64,000 bases of DNA from Eledone cirrhosa (taxonomy: Eukaryota). The notes below the pieces were generated by a model. The model made no database searches. It was not told the origin of the DNA and saw nothing but the letters and a program-made list of their open reading frames with translations. This document shows positions 1 through 14,305 of the stretch, in pieces (position 1 is the stretch's first letter; every line of letters starts with the position of its first letter). The DNA is taken from assembly GCA_964016885.1 (NCBI GenBank), contig OZ024745.1, positions 85,684,001 to 85,748,000 on the forward strand. Direction: 5' to 3'. Position numbers and translations under genes: made by a program.

Positions 1-1073
1 TACCTAAATGCCATAGCACAGCAACTCACCATAATAAACTTAACACTAGAACTAGAAATACCTTAGCATGTAGCCAGATTCGCCAGAATTTTAGCAGTAA
101 CAGCACCTATACAGGGAACTTTAATGGTGGCAGCGGCCTGCTCCCCACTCCAAGTAGCAAACTAAAAATCAACTCTAGAATAGGAATGAGAAATGGGATG
201 ACAAATAACAAATCCCAGGTAATAATAACCCTAGGAAGGCCCCTACCAACTCCACTAGAACCCCTAGAAGGAATAGACCTAGAAATATCACCTGGCTCAA
301 CCCACCATTCTCATCTAATCTAGCCACTAATATCCCCAAACGCTTCTTCTCTATCCTATCCAAACACTTCCCCCAACAATAGATATTACAAACTCTTTAA
401 TAAAAATAACATTAAAATCTCATTCTCCACAACACCTAACCTAGATAGCCACATCGCGTTCAGTAACCATCATAAGCAAAGACAGTATAACTCCCACACC
501 GCGGTACCACCACCCCTATCAAATACACCACGCCACTACACCAATAATTACTCTAGTAGCACACCTCCCCCATCTAATCCTTCTAGTACGGACCAACCGC
601 TTAGGTTAAACAACCCTACTCTCACTAACCACAGAAGCAACTGCAACAGCCGTTACCCTAATGCATGCCCATTAAATGGCCACTGCCTGACACCCAACAT
701 AGTCTATAGGTGCACGGTTGAGACTGCTTCGAATACCAACTCTTATATCGGGTCTACCTCTAACCCTTTTAAGGTACGCTATAACGCGCACTCTTTTTCC
801 TTCCGAGACCCTAGCAACAGATGTTCCACATCGCTAGCTAGGCTCATTAAAAACCTTAAATTAAACAACGTTCAACATTCACTAAAATGGGATATCGTAG
901 CTAGGGCCCAACCGTTCAATGGACGAAGAAAATCGTGTGATCTCTGTGTTACGGAAGCATATTACATGACTCTATCACGACCTCTACCGATTAACGATAG
1001 AACGGAGGTAACCATTAGATGTCAACATCGAAGGGCTAATTCCTTCGCCAATAGAGTTTTTGACCCAACTTAG
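1..1073 (+). pseudogene. Penelope-like element (Naiad-type), 3' part: RT thumb/linker and GIY-YIG endonuclease, disrupted
   Basis: Manual translation gives ITWLNPPFS..KHFP, NCNSRYPNACPLNGHC, IVYRC..SYIGST and SCDLC; stop TAG at 1071-1073; stop/frameshift near 380; runs off the window start. Confidence 0.85.
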
Positions 1074-1431
1074 TCATCTAGCCCCATTTCTACTTGCAGC
1101 TAATAAGTTAAATTGCTATGAACAACTCGATAATTATAAGTTACCTCCCCTACATTGTCTCTCAATTAAAAAATTCAAAAACTAGCACTCAACTATAAAT
1201 ACTCACAATCTCTAATCTCTCGAGATGCTACTTCCCCTGGAACCACCCTCTAATTAGTAAGGTAAATATGCCCTTTGGCATCCATCTTGTTATCCATAGG
1301 CAGATCTCACACAATGCAGCCTCGACAGATGAATACTGCTTGATTATGGCTGACAGCTGATGCAACCAAGACACCATAGTAAAAACCAATATATGGAACA
1401 TTATATTATGGAACATTATTTTAATTTATAT

Positions 1432-1563
1432 TCCTTTGAGTTCCGATGAGCCACTCTGTTTTTTTAAATATGTTAATTATTTTCAACTGAACCAGATCAA
1501 TTATGATATATAGTCATCTGATCCAGAAATATTATATGGAGTAGCGAAACAATTGTAAACGGA
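1432..1563 (+). ncRNA. Type I hammerhead-like motif (C4 variant, long stem II) in the 3' region of the PLE
   Basis: gtt-CCGATGA(1443)-gccactct...ggagtagc-GAAA(1546)-caattg-TA-aac; palindromic stem III, short stem I. Confidence 0.55.
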
Positions 1564-1875
1564 CATTATTATTATTAATATTAATATTATTATTATTCTC
1601 TACATTCCTTACATCAAACTAAAATATGTTGACAATCTTTTAATAATGTCTTCCTTGTGAAGTTTGTGGTCTTGTTTTGCTTAACTAATGAATATTTTCA
1701 GCTCTGCGCACCTAACTTCTGCATGAACCCAGCCACCTAGCTGCTTTCTACTGCATATTGCACATTGAGCACATGCCTTTACGCTTTACCTTCTAACTAA
1801 CTCACCACTCTCTCCTCTCATATCTCCTCTACTATCTCCATCTCTCTCTTTAAGATTGGTTACTCTTGAAATGTG

Positions 1876-1906
<31 letters not shown>

Positions 1907-1980
1907 TATATATTATATATATATATATTATATATTATATGATATATGTATATATATATTAAATATATATATTAAACATA

Positions 1981-2075
<95 letters not shown>

Positions 2076-2235
2076 ATATATATTATATATATATATTTAT
2101 ATTATATATATATATATTATATATATATATATTATATATATATATATTAAATATATATATATATTAAATATATATATATTATATATATATATATATTATA
2201 TATATATATATATTATATATATATATATTATATAT

Positions 2236-2820
2236 TTAATACATTAACAGAGAAAGCTTTAAGCAATACTCCGACCGGCTTCCGTCTCACTCAACAAACA
2301 TTAGGATATACCTTAATTAATCCCAATTATACGTTTGGGGTGCTAACTATACGTATTTTGCTGATAGCCAGTTTAATTATTTTATATGAGACATAATTAA
2401 AATACATCTCTCTTTCCAAACGATCGTTTCATTATAAGTTTTCTACAAATTAGGAAAATAAAGTCTAGGTTATGTAGAAGCTTACACATAGTCCGTAGGA
2501 ATATATGTAGGTGGGCACTTATGAATCATCAATGGATGCCCGACAAATATCGATATAAAAAAAATACCTTACCGATATTAATGTTCAGCGATGGTACCCC
2601 TCCCTGCTAGAATGACCGCCAAATTTGAAATTCCAGCAGTCTCACAATGATAAATCTCACACTGCCATCAAGCGGAAAGAGGAGGTCATCGCAAAACATA
2701 AAATAATAAAATAATATGCACCCGCGTCAATTAATTCTTTCATTAATTTTAACCATGCGTGAAGAACTCAATTGGATAAAAAAACAAAAATATATACATG
2801 TATTATTTATACACGCATAT
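2236..2820 (-). mobile_element. Non-coding HHR-bearing repeat (family D), partial copy
   Basis: Homologous to 48318-48925 with the same left end (taatacattaacagag); flanked by (TA)n. Confidence 0.75.
2414..2536 (-). ncRNA. Hammerhead motif, family D, C3U-mutated copy
   Basis: Minus strand: tcca-TTGATGA-ttcataagt...acttataat-GAAA-cgatcg-TT-tgga. Confidence 0.55.
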
Positions 2821-3174
2821 TATATATATATATATATTATATATATATTATATATTTATATATTATATATATATATGTATATATATTATATATATATTAT
2901 ATATATATATATATATATACATATATATTATATATATATATTATATATATATATATTATATATAAATATATATATATATTATATATATATATAATATATA
3001 TATTATATACATATAAAATATTTATATATATATTATATAAATATATTATATATATATTATATATATATATATATTATATATATATTATATATATATTATA
3101 TATATATTATATAATATATATATATATATATTATATCTCTATATATATATATTATATATATATATATTATATAT

Positions 3175-3484
3175 GCAAAAGTTCTGTTTAAAATGGTTGG
3201 GATACAACAAGTAAATATTTTTATAACAACTGATATAAAGCACTTGACAAGTATTTGGAGTAGATATACGATATTAATAAATGGAAACTATATTTATAAA
3301 ACCATATTTATTTCATTATACATATTTCAGGGATACAAAATTAAATTATGGTATGCCTTAAAACTGTTATATATTGTATTTTGACTGATGAAGGCATGCC
3401 ATAATTTAATTTGGTATCCCGGAAATATGTATAATGAAATAAATATTGTTTTATAAATATAGTTTCCAGTTATTAATATCGTAT
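3175..3484. mobile_element. Fold-back fragment of PLE pseudo-LTR family A
   Basis: Homologous to 21535-21850; about 3265-3360 is inverted relative to about 3390-3484. Confidence 0.8.
3377..3441 (+). ncRNA. Minimal type I hammerhead, family A
   Basis: tattttga-CTGATGA(3385)-aggcatgcca..tggtatcccg-GAAA-tatgta-TA-atgaaata. Confidence 0.7.
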
Positions 3485-3555
3485 ATATTATATATATATT
3501 ATATATATATTATATAGATATTATATAATATATATATATATATATATTATATATG

Positions 3556-3599
<44 letters not shown>

Positions 3600-4519
3600 A
3601 TATATATACTATATATATATTATATATATATTATATAATATATATATTATATATATATATTATATAATATATATATATTATTTATATATATATTATGTAT
3701 ATAATATATATATTATATATATATTATATAATATATATATATTATATATATATATTATATAATATATATATATGTATATTATATATATATATTAAATATA
3801 TATATTATATATATATTATATATATATATATTATATATATATATATTATATTATATATATATATTATATATATATTATATATATATATATTATATATATA
3901 TATTATATATATTATATATATATTATATATATATATTATATATATATATATAGGCTTATATATATATATATAGGCTTGGCACTTGATGGTATAAGACGTG
4001 AATTGTCGCCTCTCTGGATTTGAAATTTTAATATTTTAAATCGACAGTAATCGGATTTATGTATGGTTTTAATTCTTCAGAGGACAAGGAAAACATACAA
4101 AAAAGATAAGTTTTTGTGCTTTGACGCAATTATTTTGAAGTATATTTTACATATATTACCGTTTTGAACATGTTTATTTTCACTGTATGATTCATTCATA
4201 GGAGACAACACACACACGTGCTTTCTATTTTTGTTTGTCTACCATACAGAGCATTTTGGTTTAACTTAAGCAGATCTTGTATTAATTTTGATTTTTCTGA
4301 GTAACATAATTTAATTTGATATAATCTTGTTTGATTTTGTATAATCTTATCTGTATTTGACCCGATTTCGTTGTTTCTTGTATGATATGCTGATATTACA
4401 ATAACTTCGTATATTTGTAAACAGACATTTACATCGTGTTTCTATATCTCTATGTTTCCGGTTTCTTCCATTCATTAATTTAAATTTAAATTTAAAAATT
4501 TATTTTTATATTTATGAAC

Positions 4520-4660
4520 TGCTGTTGCTCACGCTCTCACGCTGTCTCTATCTCTCTCCTTCCTTCCTCTCTCTCTCTCTCTCTCTCCCTCCCTCTCTAT
4601 CTCTCTTCCCCTCTCTCTCGATCAACGAGCTCTCTTTCTCCCTCTCTCTAGATCAACGAG

Positions 4661-4696
<36 letters not shown>

Positions 4697-7600
4697 CCTC
4701 TCTCTCCCTCTGACCCCCCCCCACTCTTCCCGCTATCTCTCTCGCTCCCCTCTTCTGTCTCCCCCTTTTCTTTTCTTTTCTTCTGTTTCTCTTTCTTTTT
4801 CTCTCGCTGGAGTTATATCTCTATCTCCCTCCCTCACTCTGTCCCTCTCTAACCTCTACCCTATACCTCCCACTGTCTCTCTTTCTCCCCTCCACAGCGA
4901 AATGGACTGCATGCAGGAAAAATGTGAAATCAGGAGTCAGCGAAACTGGTCGAAGATTGAACTAGCGGTTTTGATCAAGGGGTGGACTATGGCTGATGGG
5001 TCTCCACCAAGCAAAATCCACCAAGCAAAAAGATGGCGGAGAACCTGAAGAGCCATGGGTTTCTGAGGACCCTGGTACAGATAGAGAGAAAGAGAAAAGA
5101 AATTGAGAAGGCGTATGTCCTCATAGCGCCTCATATGGCGATGCTAAGCTGTGTCCTCAGGGAGGAGAAAACCGAAGGGAGGGATGAGGAGAAGGAGAGG
5201 GAAAAGGAGGAGGAAAGGGAGGGGGGAAAAGAAAGGGAGGAGAGCACAAGCACGGACCTGAAAGAAAATGATATACCCTCCGCTACAGGCAGGGAGGGCA
5301 GGCCGGGCAACCAACAAGCTAAGGGCAAAGGTGAAAAGCAAAATCACCTTCCGAAGGAGAACCAAGCGCAGATGGACCAGTGGACAACTGTTCAAAGAAA
5401 GAACAGAAAGCACCGAGACACTGGGAGCAAAAAACCCCAAGTAATGTGCAAGTTTTTCAAGAACGGGACATGCTGGCATGGAGAGACAGGGATGGGATGC
5501 AGATTCGCCCACCCTAGGTCTCAAACGAACTATGCCCATCATACTCGCGCAACATGCCCCAGCCTAAGCCGAAATAAGCCGCTCCAGAAGTATGATGATG
5601 TCGCGCGTGCTACACCAACAAGGAGAAGGCACGCACATGCCGACGAGATACAGATGGCAGCAGCAGATCAGAAAAATTTTTTAGTGATGGCAGAGAAGAT
5701 TGTGGGACAGATGACCTGGCTGCATCGTCTCCAGAGCCAGGGTCATCCACACCAGCACTCGAGACCACCGCAGTTAAGGGACCCAGAGTGGCCGCCGCTG
5801 ACACCAGACCAGGAGTCATACCGACAGCCATTACTGGCACCCCAAAAGTCACACCAGTGCTGCTGCTGAATGTCAGGGGCCTGGTGAAACTCAGCAACAT
5901 GAGTAAAATTTCCTACCTGGGAGACTTAACCATAAGCAATCAAGCACTATGCATGGCACTAACCGAAACGCACCTGCCAAGCAGTATAGCAGATGCAGAA
6001 ATACATATACCGAAATATACTGTATTTCGTTCGGACAGGAAGGAGAGAACTCATGGTGGGGTTGCTCTGTATATCCGTGAAGATGTCACACCAATTGTAC
6101 TGTTGACACATTCAAACTCAGTCTGTGACACACTGATAATACATATGAAGCAACTACAGACGGTAATATGTGTCACATATCGGCCGCCCGATGCCCCCAG
6201 TCATGAGGGTAAATTTGAGGATAGCCTAAGTAGGATAGAAGAGGTCCTTGACAAACTGGACCAGGGTCTCAACATCCTACTGCTGGGAGACTTCAACCTA
6301 CCAAAGGTCAAATGGCCTGAGGGCCACCTCCTCCCTGGAATGACGTCAATAGAACAGTGACAGACGGAATCCCTGCTGGCCCTCACACACAGGCTGTTCA
6401 TGGAGCAAGCAATACTCCTCCCAACAAGAGGCGAAAATGTCCTGGACCTCTGTTTTACAAACAACGAAGTGCCATCCACAATGTAAAGGTGACACCAACA
6501 ATTCTCTCGGATCATAACTCAGTAGAGCTAATGATATGTGGTCCAAGAGAACCAACAGAGACAAAACCACCAAGAAGCTCCGGGACGCTATCCAACCTTA
6601 ACTTCTACAAGGCTAACTGGAAAAAGATTAAGAGTGAAATCCGGAAGCAAACATGGAGTGAAAATACCGCCACACAAGACACTAACACACAATTTCAACA
6701 CTTCATGACAACGATACACACCATATGCAAAAAGTGTGTCCCGGAGAAAGAGGCAAACAGACACAAAAATCTTATTCCCAGAGATAGGAAAATCCTTATG
6801 AGACGTAGAACTAAACTCTCAAACCAGTTGAATAGTCAACAAAACCAAAACAAGAAGGAATCCTATTTGAAACGTGCACTACTTGACACCGAGATTGCAC
6901 TCAAGCTTTCACATGAGAATGAGAGGGCAAGGAAAGAGAACAGGGCCATAGAAAACATTAAAACAAACCCTAAGGCCTTCTTTAAATTTGCAAAAGAAAC
7001 TGCCTCAGTACACTGCAAGATTGGACCACTCTTCCACATGGACGGTTCATTAACCGAAAATCCCCAAGAGATATGTGAAATACTGAACGAACAGTACAAA
7101 AGTGTCTTCACATGTCCACTGAGGCACATGCAAATAACGAAGCCAGAGGAGTTCTTTGATGCCACAACACTACATCAAGAAATGGCAACCATCAACCACA
7201 TAGACATAACGGAGGAGGATGTGGTGTACGCCATTGAAAAATTAGAACAGACTCGGCTGCTGGACCTGATGGATTCCCAGCAGTTCTCCTAAAAATATGT
7301 AAGCGGGCCTTAGCAACTCCACTGAAGATGCTCTTCAGAAGCTCCTTGGCTAGCGGTGTACTACCCAGGGAGCTGAAAGAAGGCACAATATGCCCTATCC
7401 ATAAAGGAGGTAGTAGAGCGGAGGCCAAGAACTATAGGCCAGTCTCCCTGACGTCGCATATCAGTAAGGTCATGGAGCGAGTCGTCAGAAAGAAACTAAT
7501 CACTTTCCTCGAAGAAAATGACCGCCTGACTAGCACGCAACATGGCTTCCGCCCAGGAAGAAGCTGCCTTACACAGCTGCTACATCACTACGACTGGGTA

Positions 7601-8656
7601 CTGAGACAACTGCTAGACAGCTCACATGTAGACGTGATATATCTTGACTTTGCGAAGGCCTTTGACAAGGTCGACCACGGAATGGTATGTCACAAACTAC
7701 ACGGACTCGGCATAACTGGAAAAGTGGGTGAGTGGCTGCATGGCTTCCTAAGGGACAGAAGCCAGGCAGTCGCAGCAAATGGGGCCCTCTCGAGGGAAAC
7801 ACAGATAACAAGTGGGGTGCCTCAGGGGACAGTCCTGGGACCACTACTGTTTTTGGTGGCTCTCTCGGACATGCCCTCTGTGGTGCATGCAACAACATCC
7901 CTCACTAGCTATGCTGATGACACTAAGGTAGCACAGGCAATCAAAAACCCGGCTGACGCTGCCCTCTTACAGCAGGATCTGGATGCCATATACAGATGGG
8001 CGGAAGAAAACAACATGCAGTTTAATGCTGGCAAATTCCAAGCCCTACAATACAAACCTGCAAACACAAACACAAATATAGCGGAACACAGCTACACAGG
8101 ACCAGGAGGGACCGATATCCCCGTGTCAAAATCGATACGAGACCTGGGCATAGACATGAGCGATGATGCATCTTTTTCTTCACACATCATGAAGGTGGCG
8201 ACAGCATGTAGACGACTCGCTGGCTGGATCTTGAGGACTTTCCTTACAAGAGATCGAGACACCATGTTGACACTGTGGAGGACTTTTGTCCTAAGCCGCC
8301 TGGACTACTGCTCCCAGCTGTGGTCACCCCATAGTGTCAAACTAACCACAGAGCTTGAGGCAATCCAGCGAAGCTACACCAAGAGGATTGCCAAGATGAG
8401 GGAGACAAGCTACTGGGAGAGGCTGAAGGAACTGAACTTCTACTCCTTGGAGCGAAGACGGGAGAGATACGCAGTGATCTACATGTGGAAAATCCTGGAG
8501 GGACTAGCACCAAACTTTGGCATTGGGAGCTGGACCAACCGTCGAACAGGACGTCACTGTGTGGTGCCAAAGGTCCCGTCTTCCACATCTAGAATAAGGA
8601 GCAGGTATTGCAATAGCCTGGGATTCAAGGGCCCTCAACTCTTCAACAGGCTGCTT
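4520..8656 (+). mobile_element. CR1/L2-group LINE, near full length, 3' end truncated
   Basis: CT-rich leader, ORF1, then APE-RT ORF2; ends abruptly at an inverted pseudo-LTR fragment at 8657. The 5' boundary is approximate. Confidence 0.85.
5033..5869 (+). CDS. LINE ORF1 protein with a CCCH-type zinc finger (may begin at ATG about 4902 via a frameshift)
   Basis: VMCKFFKNGTCWHGETGMGCRFAHP motif, charged segment, position upstream of and overlapping ORF2. Confidence 0.65.
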   Translation: MAENLKSHGFLRTLVQIERKRKEIEKAYVLIAPHMAMLSCVLREEKTEGRDEEKEREKEEEREGGKEREESTSTDLKENDIPSATGREGRPGNQQAKGKGEKQNHLPKENQAQMDQWTTVQRKNRKHRDTGSKKPQVMCKFFKNGTCWHGETGMGCRFAHPRSQTNYAHHTRATCPSLSRNKPLQKYDDVARATPTRRRHAHADEIQMAAADQKNFLVMAEKIVGQMTWLHRLQSQGHPHQHSRPPQLRDPEWPPLTPDQESYRQPLLAPQKSHQCCC

Positions 8657-8671
8657 CAATCCTCAGAATGA
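5788..8671 (+). pseudogene. LINE ORF2 (AP endonuclease plus reverse transcriptase), disrupted
   Basis: LNVRGL, LTETHL, GDFN and SDHN (APE); NYRPVSLTS, QHGFRPGRS, YLDFAKAFD, GVPQG and YADD (RT); in-frame TGA at 6358 and frameshifts near 6470 and 7245. Confidence 0.93.
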
Positions 8672-8726
8672 AAATGGACTTTTCCGATGGAATTACTTCA
8701 TTCACACATATATAGTATATATATAT

Positions 8727-8812
<86 letters not shown>

Positions 8813-8816
8813 GTAT

Positions 8817-8849
<33 letters not shown>

Positions 8850-8902
8850 ATATATATATACTATATATGTGTGAATGAAGTAATTCCATCGGAAAAGTCC
8901 AT

Positions 8903-8962
8903 TTTCATTCTGAGGATTGAAAGCAAAACCTTTTGCTTTTAAGAAACCACTGGTAAATGGAA
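8903..8962 (+). ncRNA. Minimal type I hammerhead, family B
   Basis: tttcatt-CTGAGGA-ttgaaagcaaaa..ttttgcttttaa-GAAA-ccactgg-TA-aatggaa. Confidence 0.8.
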
Positions 8963-9279
8963 TAATTGCCTTATGTTGTTTATTACATAATAATAATATA
9001 TACTATATATATATTATATATATATTATATAATATATATATTATATATATATATTATATAATATATATATATTATTTATATATATATTATGTATATAATA
9101 TATATATATATATTATATATATATTATATAATATATATATATATATATTATAGATATATATTATATATATATTATATATATATATATATTATATATATAT
9201 TATATATATATATATCATATATATATTATATATTATATATATATATATATATTATATATATTATATATATTATATATAC

Positions 9280-9356
<77 letters not shown>

Positions 9357-9376
9357 TATAATATATATATATAATA

Positions 9377-9505
9377 TATCGTCGAACCGGCTTGAGCTCA
9401 GCCGTCGGGGTCCTACTCGTTCCTATTACCCACTCTACTACCCTAAGTATTGAGTACTTTGGTGCGTTATGGTCCACCTGGTTCCTTACCATATTTCGTC
9501 CGTTA
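9377..9505. repeat. About 130-bp unclassified repeat, second copy at 11418-11545
   Basis: Near-identical sequence tcgtcgaaccggcttga...tttcgtccgtt at both sites. Confidence 0.85.
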
Positions 9506-9754
9506 TATATATATATATAAATATATACATATATATTATATTTATATATTATATATATGTGTATTATATATATATATATTATATATATATATTATATATA
9601 TATTATACATATTATATTTATATTTATATAATATATATATCTGATATATATATTATATATATATATTACATATATATATTATATATATATATATTATAAT
9701 ATATATATATATTATATATATATATTACATATATATATATATATATTATATATA

Positions 9755-9910
9755 TCGGACGCCATGCTTTCCAGCATAGTTACGTCCCTTTACGATCTGA
9801 GTTCAAATCCCGCCGAGGTTGACTTTGCCTTTCATCCCTACGGGGTCGATAAAATAAAGTACCAGTAATGCACTGGATAATTGCTGGCCTTGTGCCTAAA
9901 GTAGAAACAT
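9755..9910 (+). mobile_element. tRNA-derived SINE, 5'-truncated (octopus-type)
   Basis: B-box gagttcaaatccc followed by gactttgcctttcatcc..ggggtcgataaaata; same family as 14306. Confidence 0.8.
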
Positions 9911-10081
9911 TTATATATATATTATATATATATTATAAATATATATTATATAGATATTATATAATATATATATATATTATATATATATATATTATATATA
10001 TATATATATATATATTATATCTCTATATATATATATTATATATATATATATATTATATATATATTATATAGATATTATATA

Positions 10082-10112
<31 letters not shown>

Positions 10113-10515
10113 GTATTATATATATATTATATATATATTATATATATACTATATATATATTATATATATAATATATAATATATATATTATATATATATAT
10201 TATATAATATATATATATTATTTATATATATATTATGTATATAATATATATATTATATATATATTATATAATATATATATATATTATATATATACTATAT
10301 AATATTTATATATGTATATTATATATATATATTATATATATATTATATATATATATATTATATATATATTATATATATATCATATATATATATTATATAT
10401 TATATATATATATATTATATATGTATATTATATATATTATTTATATATATTATATATATATATTATATATATTATATATATTATATATACATTATATATA
10501 TATATTATATATATA

Positions 10516-10582
<67 letters not shown>

Positions 10583-10587
<5 letters not shown>

Positions 10588-11346
10588 CGTAAAATAAGAA
10601 AATTTTAAAAAAATTAAAAAAATTAACTTTCTAAAATTTTTTTAAGTTAACTTACTAAATTTTTTTTTAATTTTCTTATTTTACGTCTTTTATATTATTG
10701 TTCTGCATCCTCCTGTATTGAACCACCTAGGTACCATGACATAACTTATGTATTTGCTAGCATTAGCGTACATCAGTACGTATATGTTAGTAGATATACT
10801 AAATTCTCTATATTTATCTCCAAATTATTTATTTGTTGAGCAAACCTGCCCAAACCACTACTAATTTATTGGTGTGGTAGTAGGCTTCTGTCATCTTACT
10901 ATCCCACTCCTTCCGACTAGCCTCAGCGTCACGTGATTGATTCTTTAGAATCTGCCATTTGACCAGAGACAGCGAGCTTTTCAGTGCATGGAATCCAGTC
11001 CCCGCTAGCTGTTCCATCTACCGAATTATTATTATTTTTATATGAGTCCCCAGTGTCCGTGCATTGCCTGGAGACGTAGCTGAGAATAGACTCCCTGATG
11101 ACGCAATGAATTCTCGACGGTTATATTACGTAACTGTCTATATCCCATTGCAGAAACTAATTAGTTGGAGTGAAAATTTTAGTATGTAAGTTAATTTTTT
11201 TAATTTTTTAAAATTTTCTTATTTTACGTCTTTTATATTATTATTCTGCATCCTCCTGCATTGAACCACCTAGGTACTGTGACATAACTTATATATTTGC
11301 TAGCATTAGCGTACATCTTTACGCATATGTTAGTAGATATACTAAA

Positions 11347-11351
<5 letters not shown>
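10583..11351 (+). mobile_element. Retrozyme-like non-coding element (about 543-bp unit, terminal direct repeat, inverted 5' stub)
   Basis: About 140-bp direct repeat at 10670-10810 and 11213-11351; 10583-10640 is an inverted copy of the repeat start; contains an HHR. Confidence 0.75.
11090..11171 (+). ncRNA. Type I hammerhead, family E
   Basis: actcc-CTGATGA(11095)-cgcaatg...cattgca-GAAA-ctaattag-TT-ggagt; perfectly palindromic stem III. Confidence 0.8.
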
Positions 11352-11400
<49 letters not shown>

Positions 11401-11543
11401 ATATATATATATATAATATATCGTCGAACCGGCTTGATCTCAGCCGTCGGGGTCCTACTCGTTCCTATTACCGACTCTACTACCCTAAGTATTGAGTACT
11501 TTGGTGCGTTATGGTCACCTGGTTCCTTACCACATTTCGTCCG

Positions 11544-11607
<64 letters not shown>

Positions 11608-11811
11608 TATATATTATATATATGTATATTATATATATATATATTATATATATATTAAAAAGTATTATATTTATATATATATAATATATATATCTTATAT
11701 ATATATTATATATATATATTACATATATATATTATATATATATATATTATATATATATATTATATATATATATATTATATATATATATTATTTATATATA
11801 TATTTATTTAT

Positions 11812-11847
<36 letters not shown>

Positions 11848-12047
11848 ATATTATATATATATATATATTATATATATATTATATATATATATATATTATA
11901 TATATATATATTATATATAAATATATATTTTATATATATATATATATATATTTTATATATATATATTATATATATATATTAAATATATATATTATATATA
12001 TATATATTATATATATATATATTATATTTATATATATATATTATAAA

Positions 12048-12101
<54 letters not shown>

Positions 12102-12892
12102 TATATATTATATATATATATATTATATATATATATATATTATTTATATATATATTATATATTATATATATATATATAGATTATATTTATTAAAATATTT
12201 TAGTCTTCAATTTTATTATTACTACTATATATATATTATATATATATATATATTATATATATATATATTATATATACATATATATATTATATATATATTA
12301 TATATATATATATTATATATGTATATATTATATATATATATTATATATATATTATATATATATTATATATATATTATATATATATATTATATATATATAT
12401 ATATATATTATATATTATATATATATTATATATATATATATTATATATGTATATTATATATATATATATTATATATATATATATATTATATATATATTAT
12501 ATATATATTATATATATATTATGTATATATATATATTATATATTATACATATATATATTATATATATTATATATATATATATTATATATTTATATTATAT
12601 ATAAATGTATATTATATATATATTATATATGTATTATATATATATATTATGTATATATATTATATATATAATATATATATATTCTATATATTATAAATAT
12701 ATTATATATATATATATATTATATATATATATATCATATATATATATTACATATATATATTATATATATATATATATTATATATATTATATATATATATA
12801 TATATTATATATATCATATATATATATTATATATATTATTCATATATATTATATATTATATATATATTATATATATATATATTATATATATA

Positions 12893-13340
12893 TGGAAAGT
12901 TATATTTAAATTGTTGGGTTAACAATGAGTAAATATTTATAACTGATATAAAAGCACTCAAACACTCAATAGAAAGAAAGAAAGAGAAACGAAGAAAAAG
13001 AAGAAATGCATGTGACTAAATAGAGAGATATAGAAAGATAGATATATCTTTCTATATCTCTCTATTTAGTCACATGCATTTCTTCTTTTTCTTCATTTCT
13101 CTTTCTTTCTTTCTTTTTCTCTTTCTTTTTACAACTGTCCACAATATTTTTTACTGCCAAATCAACCTCCCAAATGCAAGGTGATTGAAAGGTATGTCGT
13201 ATCTATTCATTTATAAGACTGTTTATATTGTATTTTGTCTGAAGAAGGCATAACATCTTGGTAATATGATATCCCTGAAATATATATAACGAAATAAATA
13301 TGGTTTTATAAATATAGTTTCCATTTATTTAATATCATAT
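12893..13340. mobile_element. Rearranged family A pseudo-LTR fragment with an internal hairpin of about 70-bp arms
   Basis: Family A homology at both ends; 12970-13040 is inverted against 13046-13115. Confidence 0.7.
13231..13296 (+). ncRNA. Minimal hammerhead, family A
   Basis: tattttgt-CTGAAGA-agg..cct-GAAA-tatata-TA-acgaaata. Confidence 0.75.
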
Positions 13341-13401
13341 ATTATATATATATATTTATAATATATATGTATATTATATATATTTATATATTATATATAT
13401 A

Positions 13402-13848
13402 CGATATATTAACAAATGGAAACTATATTTATAAAACCATATTTATTTCATTATACATATTTCAAACACACCAAGTTAAATTATGGTGTGCTTTCATCAG
13501 ATAAAATATAATATAGATCAGTTTTATAAATAAATATTGACATACCCTTAAAGAATACGACCATATCTTTTGGAAGCACCCGGAGCTTCCAACAGAAATG
13601 GTCGCATTCGTTAAGGGTATGTCAATATTTATTCATAAAACTCACCTATATTATATTTTATCTGATGAAAGCACACCATAATTTAACTTGGTGTCCTTTA
13701 AATATGTATAATGAAATAAATATGGTTTTATAAATATAGTTTCCATTTGTTAATATATCGCACTTTTACTCCAATAATTTGTTGATTGCTTTATATCAAT
13801 TATAAAAATATTTGCTTGTTGTATCCCAACAATTTAAATAGAACTTCT
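13402..13848. mobile_element. Family A fold-back element with HHR motifs at 13444-13508 (-) and 13654-13718 (+, GAAA mutated to TAAA)
   Basis: About 180-bp inverted arms centred on ttggaagcacccggagcttccaa, plus a right-hand tail. Confidence 0.85.
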
Positions 13849-13860
13849 ATATATATTATA

Positions 13861-14284
<424 letters not shown>

Positions 14285-14305
14285 TTTATATATATATATA
14301 TTATA

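Noticed and set aside
3972-4520. Unique-looking AT-rich segment upstream of the LINE as a host exon or ribozyme
   Set aside because: I found no ORF, splice pattern, terminal repeat or ribozyme core I could support; left unclassified
6358-6360. Programmed readthrough of the TGA in LINE ORF2
   Set aside because: The same copy has two further frameshifts, so ordinary decay (for example CGA to TGA) is sufficient
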